64,000 nt of DNA. Source: Candidatus Shapirobacteria bacterium (GTDB lineage Bacteria; Patescibacteriota; Microgenomatia; UBA12405). The stretch's first letter is position 1; every line of letters starts with the position of its first letter. Below, piece by piece: positions 39,820 through 49,643 of the stretch. The position numbers were made by a program, and so were the translations under genes. Under the pieces are notes generated by a model. It had not been told where the DNA came from. It saw only the letters and a list, made by a program, of their open reading frames with translations, and ran no database searches. The stretch lies in the NCBI GenBank assembly GCA_030698565.1, contig JAUYJS010000008.1, forward strand, positions 289,275 through 353,274, read 5' to 3'.

Positions 39820-41952
39820 ATGGTTCAAGAAAAAAAACAGGAAATTTTAATTGGTAGCAAGAAAGTCATTTTATCAACTGGAAAATTAGCTCCACAAGCC
39901 AATGCTGCCGTCACTGCCCAATACGGCAATACTATTGTTTTGGCCACTGTTGTCATGGGAAAAGTTGATAGAACCAAAGATTATTTTCCTCTTTCACTTG
40001 AATTCATGGATAAATTTTATGCCGGTGGTATTGTTAAGGGCGGTAAGTGGGTAAAAAGAGAGACTAGTCCTTCGGACACAGCCGTTCTTTTTGGTCGAAT
40101 TATTGACCGATCTGTTCGTCCTCTTTTCCCAAATGGTTTTCAAAATGAAGTCCAAATTATCATCACTATTTTAAGTAACGACAAAGAAAACGACGTTATT
40201 ATACCTAGTTTCTTAGCCGCTTCAGCAGCCCTTTCCATTTCCAATATTCCTTTTAATGCTCCAGTTTCAGCTGTTCGAGTTGGATTAATTGACGGCCAAT
40301 TAGTCGTCAATCCTAGCTTAAGCGATCTAGAGAAATCCCAAGTCGACCTTTTGGTTTGTACTGGATCCGAGGGTATCAACATGATCGAAGCTGCCAGTAA
40401 TATCGTTGACAACGACACTATGATTAAAGCCATTGAATTGGCCAAAACCACAACTGATGATGTTAACAAACAATTAGTTGAATTTGCCAAAAGCTTTGCT
40501 TGTAAAAAAGTTGAATTTGAAATAGTATTGCCCTCAGAAGATTTACAAAACGAAGTCGAAAATTTAATCAAAGACGACGTCCTTAAATTTTTAGAAAATG
40601 GCGGCGAAGATAATCATAGTAGTGGTCAAGATGCCATTAAAGACAAGGTTAAAACAGCTTTTGAAGCCAAAATTAAATCTGAAGAAGTTTCTGAAAATAT
40701 TTTGGTTCAAGCCGCCGACAATGTTATCAAAAAATATTTCCGTACCAGAACTTTAGCGGGTACCAGATTTGACAAGCGTCAATACGACCAACTTAGAGAA
40801 TTAAATACAGAAGTTGGGATATTACCTTGCACTCACGGTTCAGCTATTTTTCAAAGAGGTTTAACTCAAGCTTTGACAGTCACCACTCTTGGTACTCTTG
40901 CTGACAAACAATACCTAGAAGATTCTTTAGGTGAAAGTTCCAAAAGATACATTCACTTTTACTCTGCTATGCCTTTTTCTACCGGTCAAACTGGTAGAGT
41001 CGGCCGACCGGGCAGAAGGGAAGTTGGACACGGTGCTTTGGCTGAAAAAGCCCTACTTCCAGTCATTCCTTCCGAAGATGAATTTCCATATACAATCGTA
41101 TTAACCTCTGAAGTTTTATCTCAAAACGGTTCCTCTTCAATGGCTTCCACTTGTGGTTCCACCCTGTCTCTTATGGACGCCGGTGTACCTATCAAGGACA
41201 AAGTTGCTGGAATTTCAGTAGGTATGGTTTCAGATGACACAAAATATATTTTGTTAACCGATATTGCTGGTATTGAAGACCACAACGGCGACATGGATTT
41301 CAAAATCACTGGTACTAGAACTGGAATTACTGCCATCCAATTGGACATCAAACGTCAAGGTTTGACCATGGATATGATCAAGGACACTTTTGTTGCCAGC
41401 ACCAAAGCCAGACTCCAAATCTTAGATAAGATTGACGAAACAATGACTGTCCCAAGAGATCACGTTTCCGCTTTTGCTCCAAAAATAAAAATAGTTAAAT
41501 TACCTGAAGATAAAATTGGTGAAGTTATCGGTAGCGGTGGTAAAACTATCAAGGGATTAATGGAGAAATACCAAGTTCAAATCGATATTGATGACTTCGG
41601 TAGTGCTTCTATTTCATCCTTAGATCAGGAAAGTATTGACAAAGCTGCTTATGAAATCGAATCAATGATCAAAGAAATTCAAATCGGTGAAGAATACGAT
41701 GGTGTTGTTACTCGAGTTGAAAACTACGGTGCCTTTGTTGAATTTTTACCAGGCAGAGAAGCTTTATTGCACGTATCTGAATTATCTGGCGGATTTTTAG
41801 CTAGCCCAGCTACCATAATTAAGGTTGGTGACAAGATTCACGTTCGTGTCTCTGGTTTCAACGATAATCATCAAATAAAATTAGCAGCTCCAGAATTCAA
41901 AGCTCTTCACCCAGGTGAAGCCAGACCTCAACAAGGTAACTATAATCGATAA
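39820..41952 (+). CDS. pnp: Polyribonucleotide nucleotidyltransferase (PNPase)
   Basis: R.IDRS.RPLF, RREVGHG.LAE, SNGSSSMAS-like motif, GDMDFK, KH and S1 domains. Confidence 0.97.
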   Translation: MVQEKKQEILIGSKKVILSTGKLAPQANAAVTAQYGNTIVLATVVMGKVDRTKDYFPLSLEFMDKFYAGGIVKGGKWVKRETSPSDTAVLFGRIIDRSVRPLFPNGFQNEVQIIITILSNDKENDVIIPSFLAASAALSISNIPFNAPVSAVRVGLIDGQLVVNPSLSDLEKSQVDLLVCTGSEGINMIEAASNIVDNDTMIKAIELAKTTTDDVNKQLVEFAKSFACKKVEFEIVLPSEDLQNEVENLIKDDVLKFLENGGEDNHSSGQDAIKDKVKTAFEAKIKSEEVSENILVQAADNVIKKYFRTRTLAGTRFDKRQYDQLRELNTEVGILPCTHGSAIFQRGLTQALTVTTLGTLADKQYLEDSLGESSKRYIHFYSAMPFSTGQTGRVGRPGRREVGHGALAEKALLPVIPSEDEFPYTIVLTSEVLSQNGSSSMASTCGSTLSLMDAGVPIKDKVAGISVGMVSDDTKYILLTDIAGIEDHNGDMDFKITGTRTGITAIQLDIKRQGLTMDMIKDTFVASTKARLQILDKIDETMTVPRDHVSAFAPKIKIVKLPEDKIGEVIGSGGKTIKGLMEKYQVQIDIDDFGSASISSLDQESIDKAAYEIESMIKEIQIGEEYDGVVTRVENYGAFVEFLPGREALLHVSELSGGFLASPATIIKVGDKIHVRVSGFNDNHQIKLAAPEFKALHPGEARPQQGNYNR

Positions 41953-41971
41953 TTCAAGGTATACTTTTTAA

Positions 41972-43033
41972 ATGAGATCTAGTTTAGTCACGTCGGATCA
42001 GGCGATTGATAAGTTAATTGTCAAAACCGAAACGGCAAATTTACCCGCAGGTTTAGAGGAAAAAGTCGACGAAATTTATTCCCAATTAAAACTAAATTCC
42101 AAGGCCCCTGAAATATTTTGGGAAAGTTATGAAAGAGTCGCCAAATATATTGACTGGGTAGTTAAACTACCTTGGGAAAAATCCAGCAAAGATATTTTGG
42201 ATATAAATTACGCCAAAGAAAAACTAAACGAGGGTCATCATGGTTTGACCGATATCAAAGAAAGACTTTTGGAGTACATTTCAGTCTTAGCCTTGCAAAA
42301 AGCCCGTAATCCAGAAAAAGATATCCGGGCGCCTATTTTACTTTTTGTTGGCTTAGTTGGTACTGGCAAAACTACCATGGCTCAGTCTATTGCTCATGTA
42401 TTAAACCGCGAATTTGTCAGAATCCCATTTGGTGGACTAGGAGATCCGGCTTATTTAAGGGGTATCTCCAGAATTAACCCCGAATCAGAACCAGGCCAAA
42501 TAATTAAAGCCTTAATTTCAGCCAAAACAAAAAACCCAGTAATTCTTTTAGATGAAATTGATCGTGTGGCTGATGAAGCCCTAAACACAGTTATGGGTGT
42601 GTTGGTTGAGCTTTTAGATCCGGAACAAAATCATAAATTTACTGATAATTACATTGATTATCCTTTTGATTTATCCCAAGTTTTATTTTGCGCCACTTGC
42701 AACAACACGACTCGAATTGCTACCGCTGTTATGGACCGTCTCGAACCAATTCAAATGCCTTCTTATAATGACGAAGAAAAAATTGCCATTGGTCGTGATT
42801 ATATTTTGGGTAAGGCCATAACCGAAGCTGGTCTGACTTCTCAAGAGTTAAAAATTAGCGACAGTGTTTGGCCCCAAATAGTTCGTCCGCTTGGATTCGA
42901 TGCTGGCGTTCGTACTCTAAAGCGCAATATCGAAGGTCTGTGCCGCAAGGTTGCCAAAATGATTTTTGAAGGCCAAGTCACCCAAGTAGCCATTGATGAG
43001 ACCAATATTAAACAATATCTACCTCAATGGTAA
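41972..43033 (+). CDS. Stand-alone Lon-type AAA+ ATPase module (no N domain, no protease domain)
   Basis: Y.DW...LPW, H.GL..IKER..EY, GLVGTGKT, LLDEID, LLDPEQN..F.D.Y...PFDLS.V, GVR.L.R. Confidence 0.85.
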   Translation: MRSSLVTSDQAIDKLIVKTETANLPAGLEEKVDEIYSQLKLNSKAPEIFWESYERVAKYIDWVVKLPWEKSSKDILDINYAKEKLNEGHHGLTDIKERLLEYISVLALQKARNPEKDIRAPILLFVGLVGTGKTTMAQSIAHVLNREFVRIPFGGLGDPAYLRGISRINPESEPGQIIKALISAKTKNPVILLDEIDRVADEALNTVMGVLVELLDPEQNHKFTDNYIDYPFDLSQVLFCATCNNTTRIATAVMDRLEPIQMPSYNDEEKIAIGRDYILGKAITEAGLTSQELKISDSVWPQIVRPLGFDAGVRTLKRNIEGLCRKVAKMIFEGQVTQVAIDETNIKQYLPQW

Positions 43034-43063
43034 AGTATGAAAATTAAATTAAATAAACACAAT

Positions 43064-43250
43064 TTGCCTTTTTCAAAAGACTCTGCTAAACTTTCACATA
43101 AACTTTTGGACCCGGTAACTTTGAATAGGATCCTTGATAAAATTATTAGTCATACTCATAGACAGATTAATTTCAATCTCTACTGACCTAAAAAAACTGG
43201 TCCCTATTTTGGGCTAGTTAAAAGTTTTAAAAATTATTAAAAATTAAATT
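43064..43250 (+). promoter_or_regulatory. rnj promoter (TTGCCT 43064-69, N17, TGcTAAACT to 43092) and about 150-nt structured 5' leader
   Basis: AAACTTTT/AAAAGTTT closing stem, GGACC/GGTCC, inner GTCA-TAGA-AGATT hairpin. Confidence 0.6.
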
Positions 43251-45014
43251 ATGAACAATCAAAATATTGATCAAAACAAAGTGCCTCAAAACTTTTCTAA
43301 AGCAAAGCCCCAAGTTAGGGAATTTAGAAAAAATTATGATTCAGTTAGAATTTCTGCCCTAGGAGGCTTTGGTGGTGTGACTCAAAACATGTACGCCTAC
43401 GAATATATACCCAACGGCGATACTAGTAAAAGCCAAATAATTATTGTCGACTGTGGCGTTGGCTTTCCCGAAGAAGATGCTTTTGGTGTCGATTTACAGA
43501 TTCCCGACACTCATTATCTTGAAGACAAAAAAGACCGAATCTTGGGTATATTTATTACTCACGGCCACGAAGACCACATTGGCGCAATCAGGTTCATCTT
43601 GCCTATTTTAGGCAAAGAAATTCCGATTTATGCGCCCAAATTGGCGGCTGCATTTATAGAATCCAGATTGAGCGAAATTAGCATGCAATCCAATCTTCAC
43701 GTTTATGAAGATAACACCCCTCCAATGGTCAAGGGCCATTTTACTGTTGATCCTATTCGCGTAACCCACTCAATTCCCGACACTTATCATTTTGCTATCA
43801 CTACACCGATTGGTATTATTTACCATGGTTCTGATTTTAAATTCGACCTTTTCCCATTAGATGGCAAAGGTGTCGATTATCGACATATTGCCCGCATTGG
43901 TGAAAAAAAAGTTCTAGTTTTATTATCAGATAGTTTAGGTTCCGATCACGAAGGTTATTCTCCTTCAGAAAGTTCCATTGCAGAACACTTTAAAAGAGAA
44001 ATTGTTGGAGCCAAAGGTAGGGTATTTGTTACCTCGATCTCCAGCAATATTGTTCGTTGGAGTCAAGCGATTGAATACGCCAAGGGTAGTGGTAAAAAAA
44101 TAGTAGTTGTTGGATTTTCAGTTGAAAAAGCAATTAGTATCGCCAAAGACTTAGGTTATCTAAAATTAAATGACAATGATATTATTCCGGTCGATAGAGC
44201 CAAAAATTTTCCTGATAGCAAATTACTTTTTTTAGTAGCCGGCTTTGCCGGTCAACCCGATTCGGCTTTAAGTAAAATGGTAATGGGTAAACATCGGATT
44301 AAAATAAAATCTGGCGACAAAGTTATCTTTTCTTCTCCTGATTATATTCCAGGTACAACTTCAAATATTTACAGCATGATCGATGTCTTATCTAAAATGG
44401 GTGCCGAGGTTTCTTATGGTGAAAAGGAAGAACTTCATGTGTCCGGTCATGGTTACCAAAAAGAACAGGCTCTCCTCATTAGCCTTTTAAGTCCTAAATA
44501 TTTACTCCCAATCGGCGGTAATTATCGTCATCAAAAAAGTTACCAAACAATGGCAAAATCTTTGGGTTATCCAGAAGAAGACGTAATTACTCCAGATTAT
44601 GGTACTTCGGTTACTTTTAATGGTAATGGTAGTTATGATACTTCTTTCCATATTCCATTAAGAAAGATATTGATTGACGGTTTGGGTGTAGGCGATGTTG
44701 GTACTACGGTTTTACGAGATCGTAAATTACTCGCTGGCGACGGTATGTTCTCAGTTGTCTTGCTCATAAACGGACAAACGGGTGAATTAACCAAAGATCC
44801 TGTAATTCTAAGTCGCGGATTCGTTTTTATGAAAGAAAATACCGAATTGATGAATTTTATAAAACAGGAAGTTGTTAATAAATTCAAAGAATCAACCAGT
44901 GCTCCGGCTAATTTTGATTTTATACGCGAACAAATTCAAGCTTATATCGAAAGCATAATTTACGAAAAAACCGGCCGCCAACCAATGGTTTTGCCGTTGG
45001 TAATTGAGGTATAA
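43251..45014 (+). CDS. rnj: Ribonuclease J
   Basis: ALGG...V.QNM, VDCG..FP, THGHEDHIGA, HSIPD, DFKFD, HVSGH, R.PM.LP. Confidence 0.95.
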   Translation: MNNQNIDQNKVPQNFSKAKPQVREFRKNYDSVRISALGGFGGVTQNMYAYEYIPNGDTSKSQIIIVDCGVGFPEEDAFGVDLQIPDTHYLEDKKDRILGIFITHGHEDHIGAIRFILPILGKEIPIYAPKLAAAFIESRLSEISMQSNLHVYEDNTPPMVKGHFTVDPIRVTHSIPDTYHFAITTPIGIIYHGSDFKFDLFPLDGKGVDYRHIARIGEKKVLVLLSDSLGSDHEGYSPSESSIAEHFKREIVGAKGRVFVTSISSNIVRWSQAIEYAKGSGKKIVVVGFSVEKAISIAKDLGYLKLNDNDIIPVDRAKNFPDSKLLFLVAGFAGQPDSALSKMVMGKHRIKIKSGDKVIFSSPDYIPGTTSNIYSMIDVLSKMGAEVSYGEKEELHVSGHGYQKEQALLISLLSPKYLLPIGGNYRHQKSYQTMAKSLGYPEEDVITPDYGTSVTFNGNGSYDTSFHIPLRKILIDGLGVGDVGTTVLRDRKLLAGDGMFSVVLLINGQTGELTKDPVILSRGFVFMKENTELMNFIKQEVVNKFKESTSAPANFDFIREQIQAYIESIIYEKTGRQPMVLPLVIEV

Positions 45015-45106
45015 AAATATAATACGCCCCTACAATGGGTGTAATTTAATAAAAAATTTGACGACAGCACGTCATTTTACATACTTGCCCGCATTTTCTA
45101 TTCCGT

Positions 45107-45227
45107 GTAGAGACGCCAGATCTGGCGTCTCAATCAATGAATCAATATGATTTTGTAGAGACGCATTGTATGCGTCTCAAACATAAAATACGACACGTTG
45201 TAGAGACGCGATTAATCGCGTCTCTAC
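45107..45227 (+). repeat. Cluster of three REP palindromes upstream of the RAYT (45107-45131, 45155-45178, 45200-45227)
   Basis: GTAGAGACGCCAGATCTGGCGTCTC; GTAGAGACGCATTGTATGCGTCTC; GTAGAGACGCGATTAATCGCGTCTCTAC; half-site CGCCCCTAC near 45025. Confidence 0.92.
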
Positions 45228-45266
45228 CTGTAACACATTAATGTAAATTACATTACAATTAAATTA

Positions 45267-45827
45267 ATGCCTGTTGATAATCCAGATTTATTTGCTGATA
45301 AATTTCGAGTCAAATCTGCAAGATTAGAAGGAAGGGATTATTCCTTGCCAGGGTTTTATTTTATAACCATTTGTACCCATAACAAAAATAAATTCTTCGG
45401 AAAAATTATTAATGGGAAAATAAAATTGTCCAAAGTGGGGAAAATTGTTGAAACGAATATGATTTTATTATCAAACCGTTTTAACAATATTGTAATTGAT
45501 ATATTTGTAATCATGCCAAATCATATTCATATTGTTTTTAAAATTAATAAATGCAGTAATGAATTTTTGGGTAGAGACGCGATTAATCGCGTCTCTACAA
45601 ACCAAATAAATATTATTCCAAACCCAATGAAACAATTCTCATTAGGAACGGTTATTCGATATTTTAAAGCAAAAGTAAAATTTGATACTAACCGCCAAAA
45701 ATTATTTTTCACCTGGCAATCCCGATATTATGATCGGATTATCCGGACAGAAAAGGAATATTGGGCGATTAAACAATATATTGATAATAATCCCAAAAAT
45801 TGGCAGAAAGATGTTTGTTATAAATAA
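45267..45827 (+). mobile_element. REP-associated tyrosine transposase (RAYT / TnpA-REP, HUH Y1 family)
   Basis: S.RL...DYS..G.YFITICT, HUH motif MPNHIH, WQSRYYDRIIR, catalytic Y in YI.NNP; flanked by GTAG REPs. Confidence 0.92.
45571..45598. repeat. REP copy inside the RAYT coding sequence
   Basis: Identical to the REP at 45200-45227; translated as GRDAINRVST. Confidence 0.92.
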
Positions 45828-45877
45828 ATTTAATTCTTACAACAACCTTTTTCCAGGATAATCAGGGTCGATATTAT

Positions 45878-46018
45878 TCAAATTTGGACAATTTGACCTT
45901 CTAGCTTCAATTGTCGATTATGATCGTCAAACTGTTTTACTTCGTCAGCGATTGATTCAGCAATTATTCTGAATTGACACATCTTCTCTCTGTTGCAAAA
46001 TGGACATATTTTTTCCAC
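45878..46018 (-). CDS. Small Cys-rich protein (46 aa, MEKICPFCNREKMCQF...), absent from the ORF track
   Basis: GTG start 5 nt after a perfect TGaTATAAT (46024-46032, minus strand); CxxC-x5-C. Confidence 0.55.
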   Translation of the reverse strand: MEKICPFCNREKMCQFRIIAESIADEVKQFDDHNRQLKLEGQIVQI

Positions 46019-46074
46019 AAGCGATTATATCAAATACGAAACCCACCAGAGGCTGTTTTAATGTAAAATAGGCT

Positions 46075-47490
46075 ATGAAAGAACTAGTTAAAAAATCAGC
46101 CGATTTATCAGAATGGTACAACAATATAGTTTTAAAAGCCGAACTTGCCGACTATGCCCCGGTCAAAGGTTGTATGGTAATTCGTCCTTATGGTTATGCT
46201 ATTTGGGAAGGCATCCAAAATTTCTTGGATAAGTTAATCAAAGATCGCGGTGTTAAAAATTCTTATTTTCCTTTATTTATTCCCGAAAGTTTTTTGAACA
46301 AAGAAAAGGAACATGTAAAAGGATTTTCTCCTGAATTAGCAGTAGTTACTATCGCTGGCGGCGAAAAATTAAAAGAAAACTTAATTGTCCGTCCGACTTC
46401 CGAAACCATTATGTATGATATGTTTAGAAAGTGGACTTCGTCATGGCGGGATTTACCAATTTTAATGAATCAATGGTGCAATGTTGTTCGTTGGGAACAG
46501 AGGACATATCTCTTTTTAAGAACCTCAGAATTTTTGTGGCAGGAAGGCCATTGTGCCCATCTTACTCACAAGGAAAGCTCAGACATGGTGTTGTGGGCTC
46601 TGGATACATATCAAAAAACTTATACCGATCTTTTGGCCATGTATGGTTATGCCGGAGTCAAAAGCGAATCGGAAAAATTTGCCGGTGCTGGTAAAACGTA
46701 TACCTTCGAATGTTTAATGCCCAATGGCAAAGCTCTCCAGGCCTGCACTTCTCATGATTTAGGTCAAAATTTTGCCAAATCTTTTGATTGGACGGTTCAA
46801 GATAAAAATGGAGATAAAATTAATCCTTGGCAAAATAGTTGGGGATTTTCTACTAGAAGCATTGGTGGATTAATTATGGTTCACGGCGATGATTCCGGAT
46901 TAGTATTTCCTCCTCAAATTGCACCAACTCAAATAGTTATAGTTCCTATACCTGCTCACGAATTAGCCAAAGAATTATCCGAATCAATATACAAAAATCT
47001 TAAAAATGAATTCAGAACAGAAATTGATTTGGTCGAGCAAGAATCCGCCGGTTTCAAATTTAATAAATGGGAAATGAAAGGTGTTCCTGTGAGGATAGAA
47101 ATTGGAGACAGGGAAGCCAAGGAAAATAAGGTCGTTTTATTTCGCCGTGATACTAGTGAAAAAATGATTATTGACGTTAAAGATTTAAATTCCAAAATAA
47201 CTGAAGTTTTAAAAGACATTCAAAATGAATTATTTCTAAAACATAAAAAATTCACTCTGGATAATACTTTTAAAGTTGACACTTATGAAGAATTTAAAAA
47301 AATTATGAATACAACTAAGGGTTTTATATCTGCCCTTTGGTGCGAAGATGCAGAATGCGAATCCAAGATTAAAGAAGAAACAAAAGCTACTACCAGGTGT
47401 TTACCTTTAGAAAATAAACCTGAAAAGGGAGTATGTGTTTGTTGTGGTCGGCCGGCTAATCATCGTTGGCTCTTTGCACAATCATATTAA
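46075..47490 (+). CDS. proS: Proline--tRNA ligase, archaeal/eukaryotic type
   Basis: WY......ELADY.PV.GC.V.RP.G, RPTSET, FLRT.EFLWQEGH, SH.LGQNF, C-terminal Zn motif and ..SY end. Confidence 0.96.
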   Translation: MKELVKKSADLSEWYNNIVLKAELADYAPVKGCMVIRPYGYAIWEGIQNFLDKLIKDRGVKNSYFPLFIPESFLNKEKEHVKGFSPELAVVTIAGGEKLKENLIVRPTSETIMYDMFRKWTSSWRDLPILMNQWCNVVRWEQRTYLFLRTSEFLWQEGHCAHLTHKESSDMVLWALDTYQKTYTDLLAMYGYAGVKSESEKFAGAGKTYTFECLMPNGKALQACTSHDLGQNFAKSFDWTVQDKNGDKINPWQNSWGFSTRSIGGLIMVHGDDSGLVFPPQIAPTQIVIVPIPAHELAKELSESIYKNLKNEFRTEIDLVEQESAGFKFNKWEMKGVPVRIEIGDREAKENKVVLFRRDTSEKMIIDVKDLNSKITEVLKDIQNELFLKHKKFTLDNTFKVDTYEEFKKIMNTTKGFISALWCEDAECESKIKEETKATTRCLPLENKPEKGVCVCCGRPANHRWLFAQSY

Positions 47491-47507
47491 CCAGTTATAC
47501 TAATTTT

Positions 47508-49637
47508 ATGGCTAAGCGTGGTCGCCGCAAAAAAAATAAACTTTTACCCAGTCTTCGGTTAAAACCAGAGACGGTCAAGTCTATATTTTTTATATTCTTT
47601 TTGATCTTGTCTCTCTTGTCTATTTTCTCGTTTCTTCAAACGGGTCCAATTCCCATCTCCTACAACCAACTTTTATCCCAATATTTTGGTTTCGGTGGAA
47701 TTTTAATACCATTTTTATTTATTTTAATTGCTTTTTTATTTACCAAAGTCAAAACCCCACTCAAAGATTTAAATGTATTTTTAGGCTTTTTAATAATGTT
47801 TGTGTCAATTATAAGTCTTTTTCAAACCGGATTAGCCGGTATTTTTTTATGGGATCAATTTTTGTCTTTATTTGGTCAAGTCTTTAGTTTTTTAATATTT
47901 TTCTTTTCCTTTATTGTCGGTTTTGTAATTCTTTTTGATACTTCAATTGCCCAGATATTTCGTTTTATTTCCGCCACTTTTGCTTTAATTAAAAAATATA
48001 CCTTTGGTAACTCCAAAATCAAAGGTGATAAAAAAACCAAAAATGATGTTTATATCCAATCCGATGCGAATTACAAAGATCACTCAAAAGACAAAGACGA
48101 TCCAGTTGTAGTCAATATTCCGCCAGTTCTAAAAGATATTCAAACCCAATTATCAGTTGATCCTATTAAGTCTTTTAACACCTTAAATTCAACGGAAAAT
48201 AGAATCTGGGAATATCCGCCAATCTCTCTTTTCGACGACGCTCCTGGTGCCAAGGCCGACCGTGGTGATGTGCGCAAAAACGCCCAAATTATCGAACAAA
48301 CTCTTGATTCGTTTGGTATTACCGCTCGTGTTGCCGAAGTAAACAATAGCCCGTCGGTTACCCAATATGCTCTGGAAGTTGCCCTTGGTACAAAATTAGC
48401 CAAAATTCTCAGTTTATCTAATGACTTAGCTATGGCACTGGCTGCTCCTGGTGGTCAAATTCGTGTAGAAGCACCAATTCCTAGTCGATCATTAGTTGGT
48501 ATCGAAGTGCCCAACCGGTCTTTAGAAGTAGTACCGATCAAAAGAATCCTAGATTCGGAACCAATGAAGAATGCTAAAAATAAAATTACAATTCCGCTTG
48601 GTCTCGATGTGGCCGGTAATCCTAAGGTCGGCGATATCACCAAAATGCCCCACGTCTTAATTGCCGGGCAAACTGGTTCCGGTAAATCTGTCTGTGTCAA
48701 TTCTTGGATTTGTAATATTTTATTTAGGGCATCCCCAGACGAAGTTAGAATGATTATGGTCGACCCCAAAAGAGTCGAATTGACACCATACAACGGTATT
48801 CCTCATCTTTTAACTCCTGTTATAGTCGAGCCAGAAAAAGTGGTTTCAGCCCTAAAATGGGCCGTTTCCGAAATGGAACGCCGCTACAAAATGTTTACCG
48901 AAGTCGGTACGAAAAATATAGAAGCTTACAATAATATGGCCGGGTTCCAGTCTATTCCGTATATTTTAATCTTTATAGATGAATTAGCCGAAATTATGCT
49001 TTTTTCACCGTCTGAAGTGGAAGACAATATTTGTCGGATTGCTCAGATGGCTCGAGCTGTCGGTATTCATTTAATCTTAGCCACCCAAAGACCTTCTGTA
49101 AACATCATTACCGGATTGATCAAAGCCAATATTCCTACCAGATTAGCTTTTGCTGTTTCTTCTATGACCGATTCACGGGTTATTTTGGACACTCCGGGCG
49201 CCGAAAAACTTTTGGGTCGCGGCGACATGCTCTATATTCCACCAGAGTTAGCCAAGCCAGTTAGAATTCAAGGCTGTTTTGTATCAGACAAAGAAATCAA
49301 TAATTTAATTAATTTTCTTAAAAAACAAAAAACTACTGATTATGATGACCAAATAACAAGCCAACCAGTAGCCAGTTCCACTTCATTAAGTAAAAATACT
49401 CTTTCGGTAAATGGCGAGGATAGGGATACTTTGTTCGAAAATGCTGTCAAATTAGTTCAAGAAACAGGCAAGGCATCAGCTTCAATGATGCAGCGTCGTC
49501 TCAAATTGGGTTATGCTCGGGCAGCCAGGGTTTTGGATCAGTTAGAAGCAGCTGGAATAGTTGGGCCGTCCAATGGCGCCAAACCACGGGAAATATTAAT
49601 TGCACACAACAGCCCCTCCAATAATTCTGAAATCTAA
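47508..49637 (+). CDS. ftsK: DNA translocase FtsK/SpoIIIE
   Basis: N-terminal TMs, PHVLIAGQTGSGKS, DPKRVEL, ATQRPS, GAEKLLGRGDML, gamma domain QRRL..GY.RA.R; start taken at the ATG 6 nt after TATACT. Confidence 0.95.
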   Translation: MAKRGRRKKNKLLPSLRLKPETVKSIFFIFFLILSLLSIFSFLQTGPIPISYNQLLSQYFGFGGILIPFLFILIAFLFTKVKTPLKDLNVFLGFLIMFVSIISLFQTGLAGIFLWDQFLSLFGQVFSFLIFFFSFIVGFVILFDTSIAQIFRFISATFALIKKYTFGNSKIKGDKKTKNDVYIQSDANYKDHSKDKDDPVVVNIPPVLKDIQTQLSVDPIKSFNTLNSTENRIWEYPPISLFDDAPGAKADRGDVRKNAQIIEQTLDSFGITARVAEVNNSPSVTQYALEVALGTKLAKILSLSNDLAMALAAPGGQIRVEAPIPSRSLVGIEVPNRSLEVVPIKRILDSEPMKNAKNKITIPLGLDVAGNPKVGDITKMPHVLIAGQTGSGKSVCVNSWICNILFRASPDEVRMIMVDPKRVELTPYNGIPHLLTPVIVEPEKVVSALKWAVSEMERRYKMFTEVGTKNIEAYNNMAGFQSIPYILIFIDELAEIMLFSPSEVEDNICRIAQMARAVGIHLILATQRPSVNIITGLIKANIPTRLAFAVSSMTDSRVILDTPGAEKLLGRGDMLYIPPELAKPVRIQGCFVSDKEINNLINFLKKQKTTDYDDQITSQPVASSTSLSKNTLSVNGEDRDTLFENAVKLVQETGKASASMMQRRLKLGYARAARVLDQLEAAGIVGPSNGAKPREILIAHNSPSNNSEI

Positions 49638-49643
49638 CGCTTT

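Noticed and set aside
45107-45227. Three spaced repeats that superficially resemble a mini CRISPR array
   Set aside because: Repeat cores differ, the GTAG feet and adjacent RAYT identify them as REPs, and no cas genes are present.
47466-47507. TTG-started extension of ftsK
   Set aside because: It overlaps proS; the ATG at 47508 has a -10 box at the spacing typical of this window.
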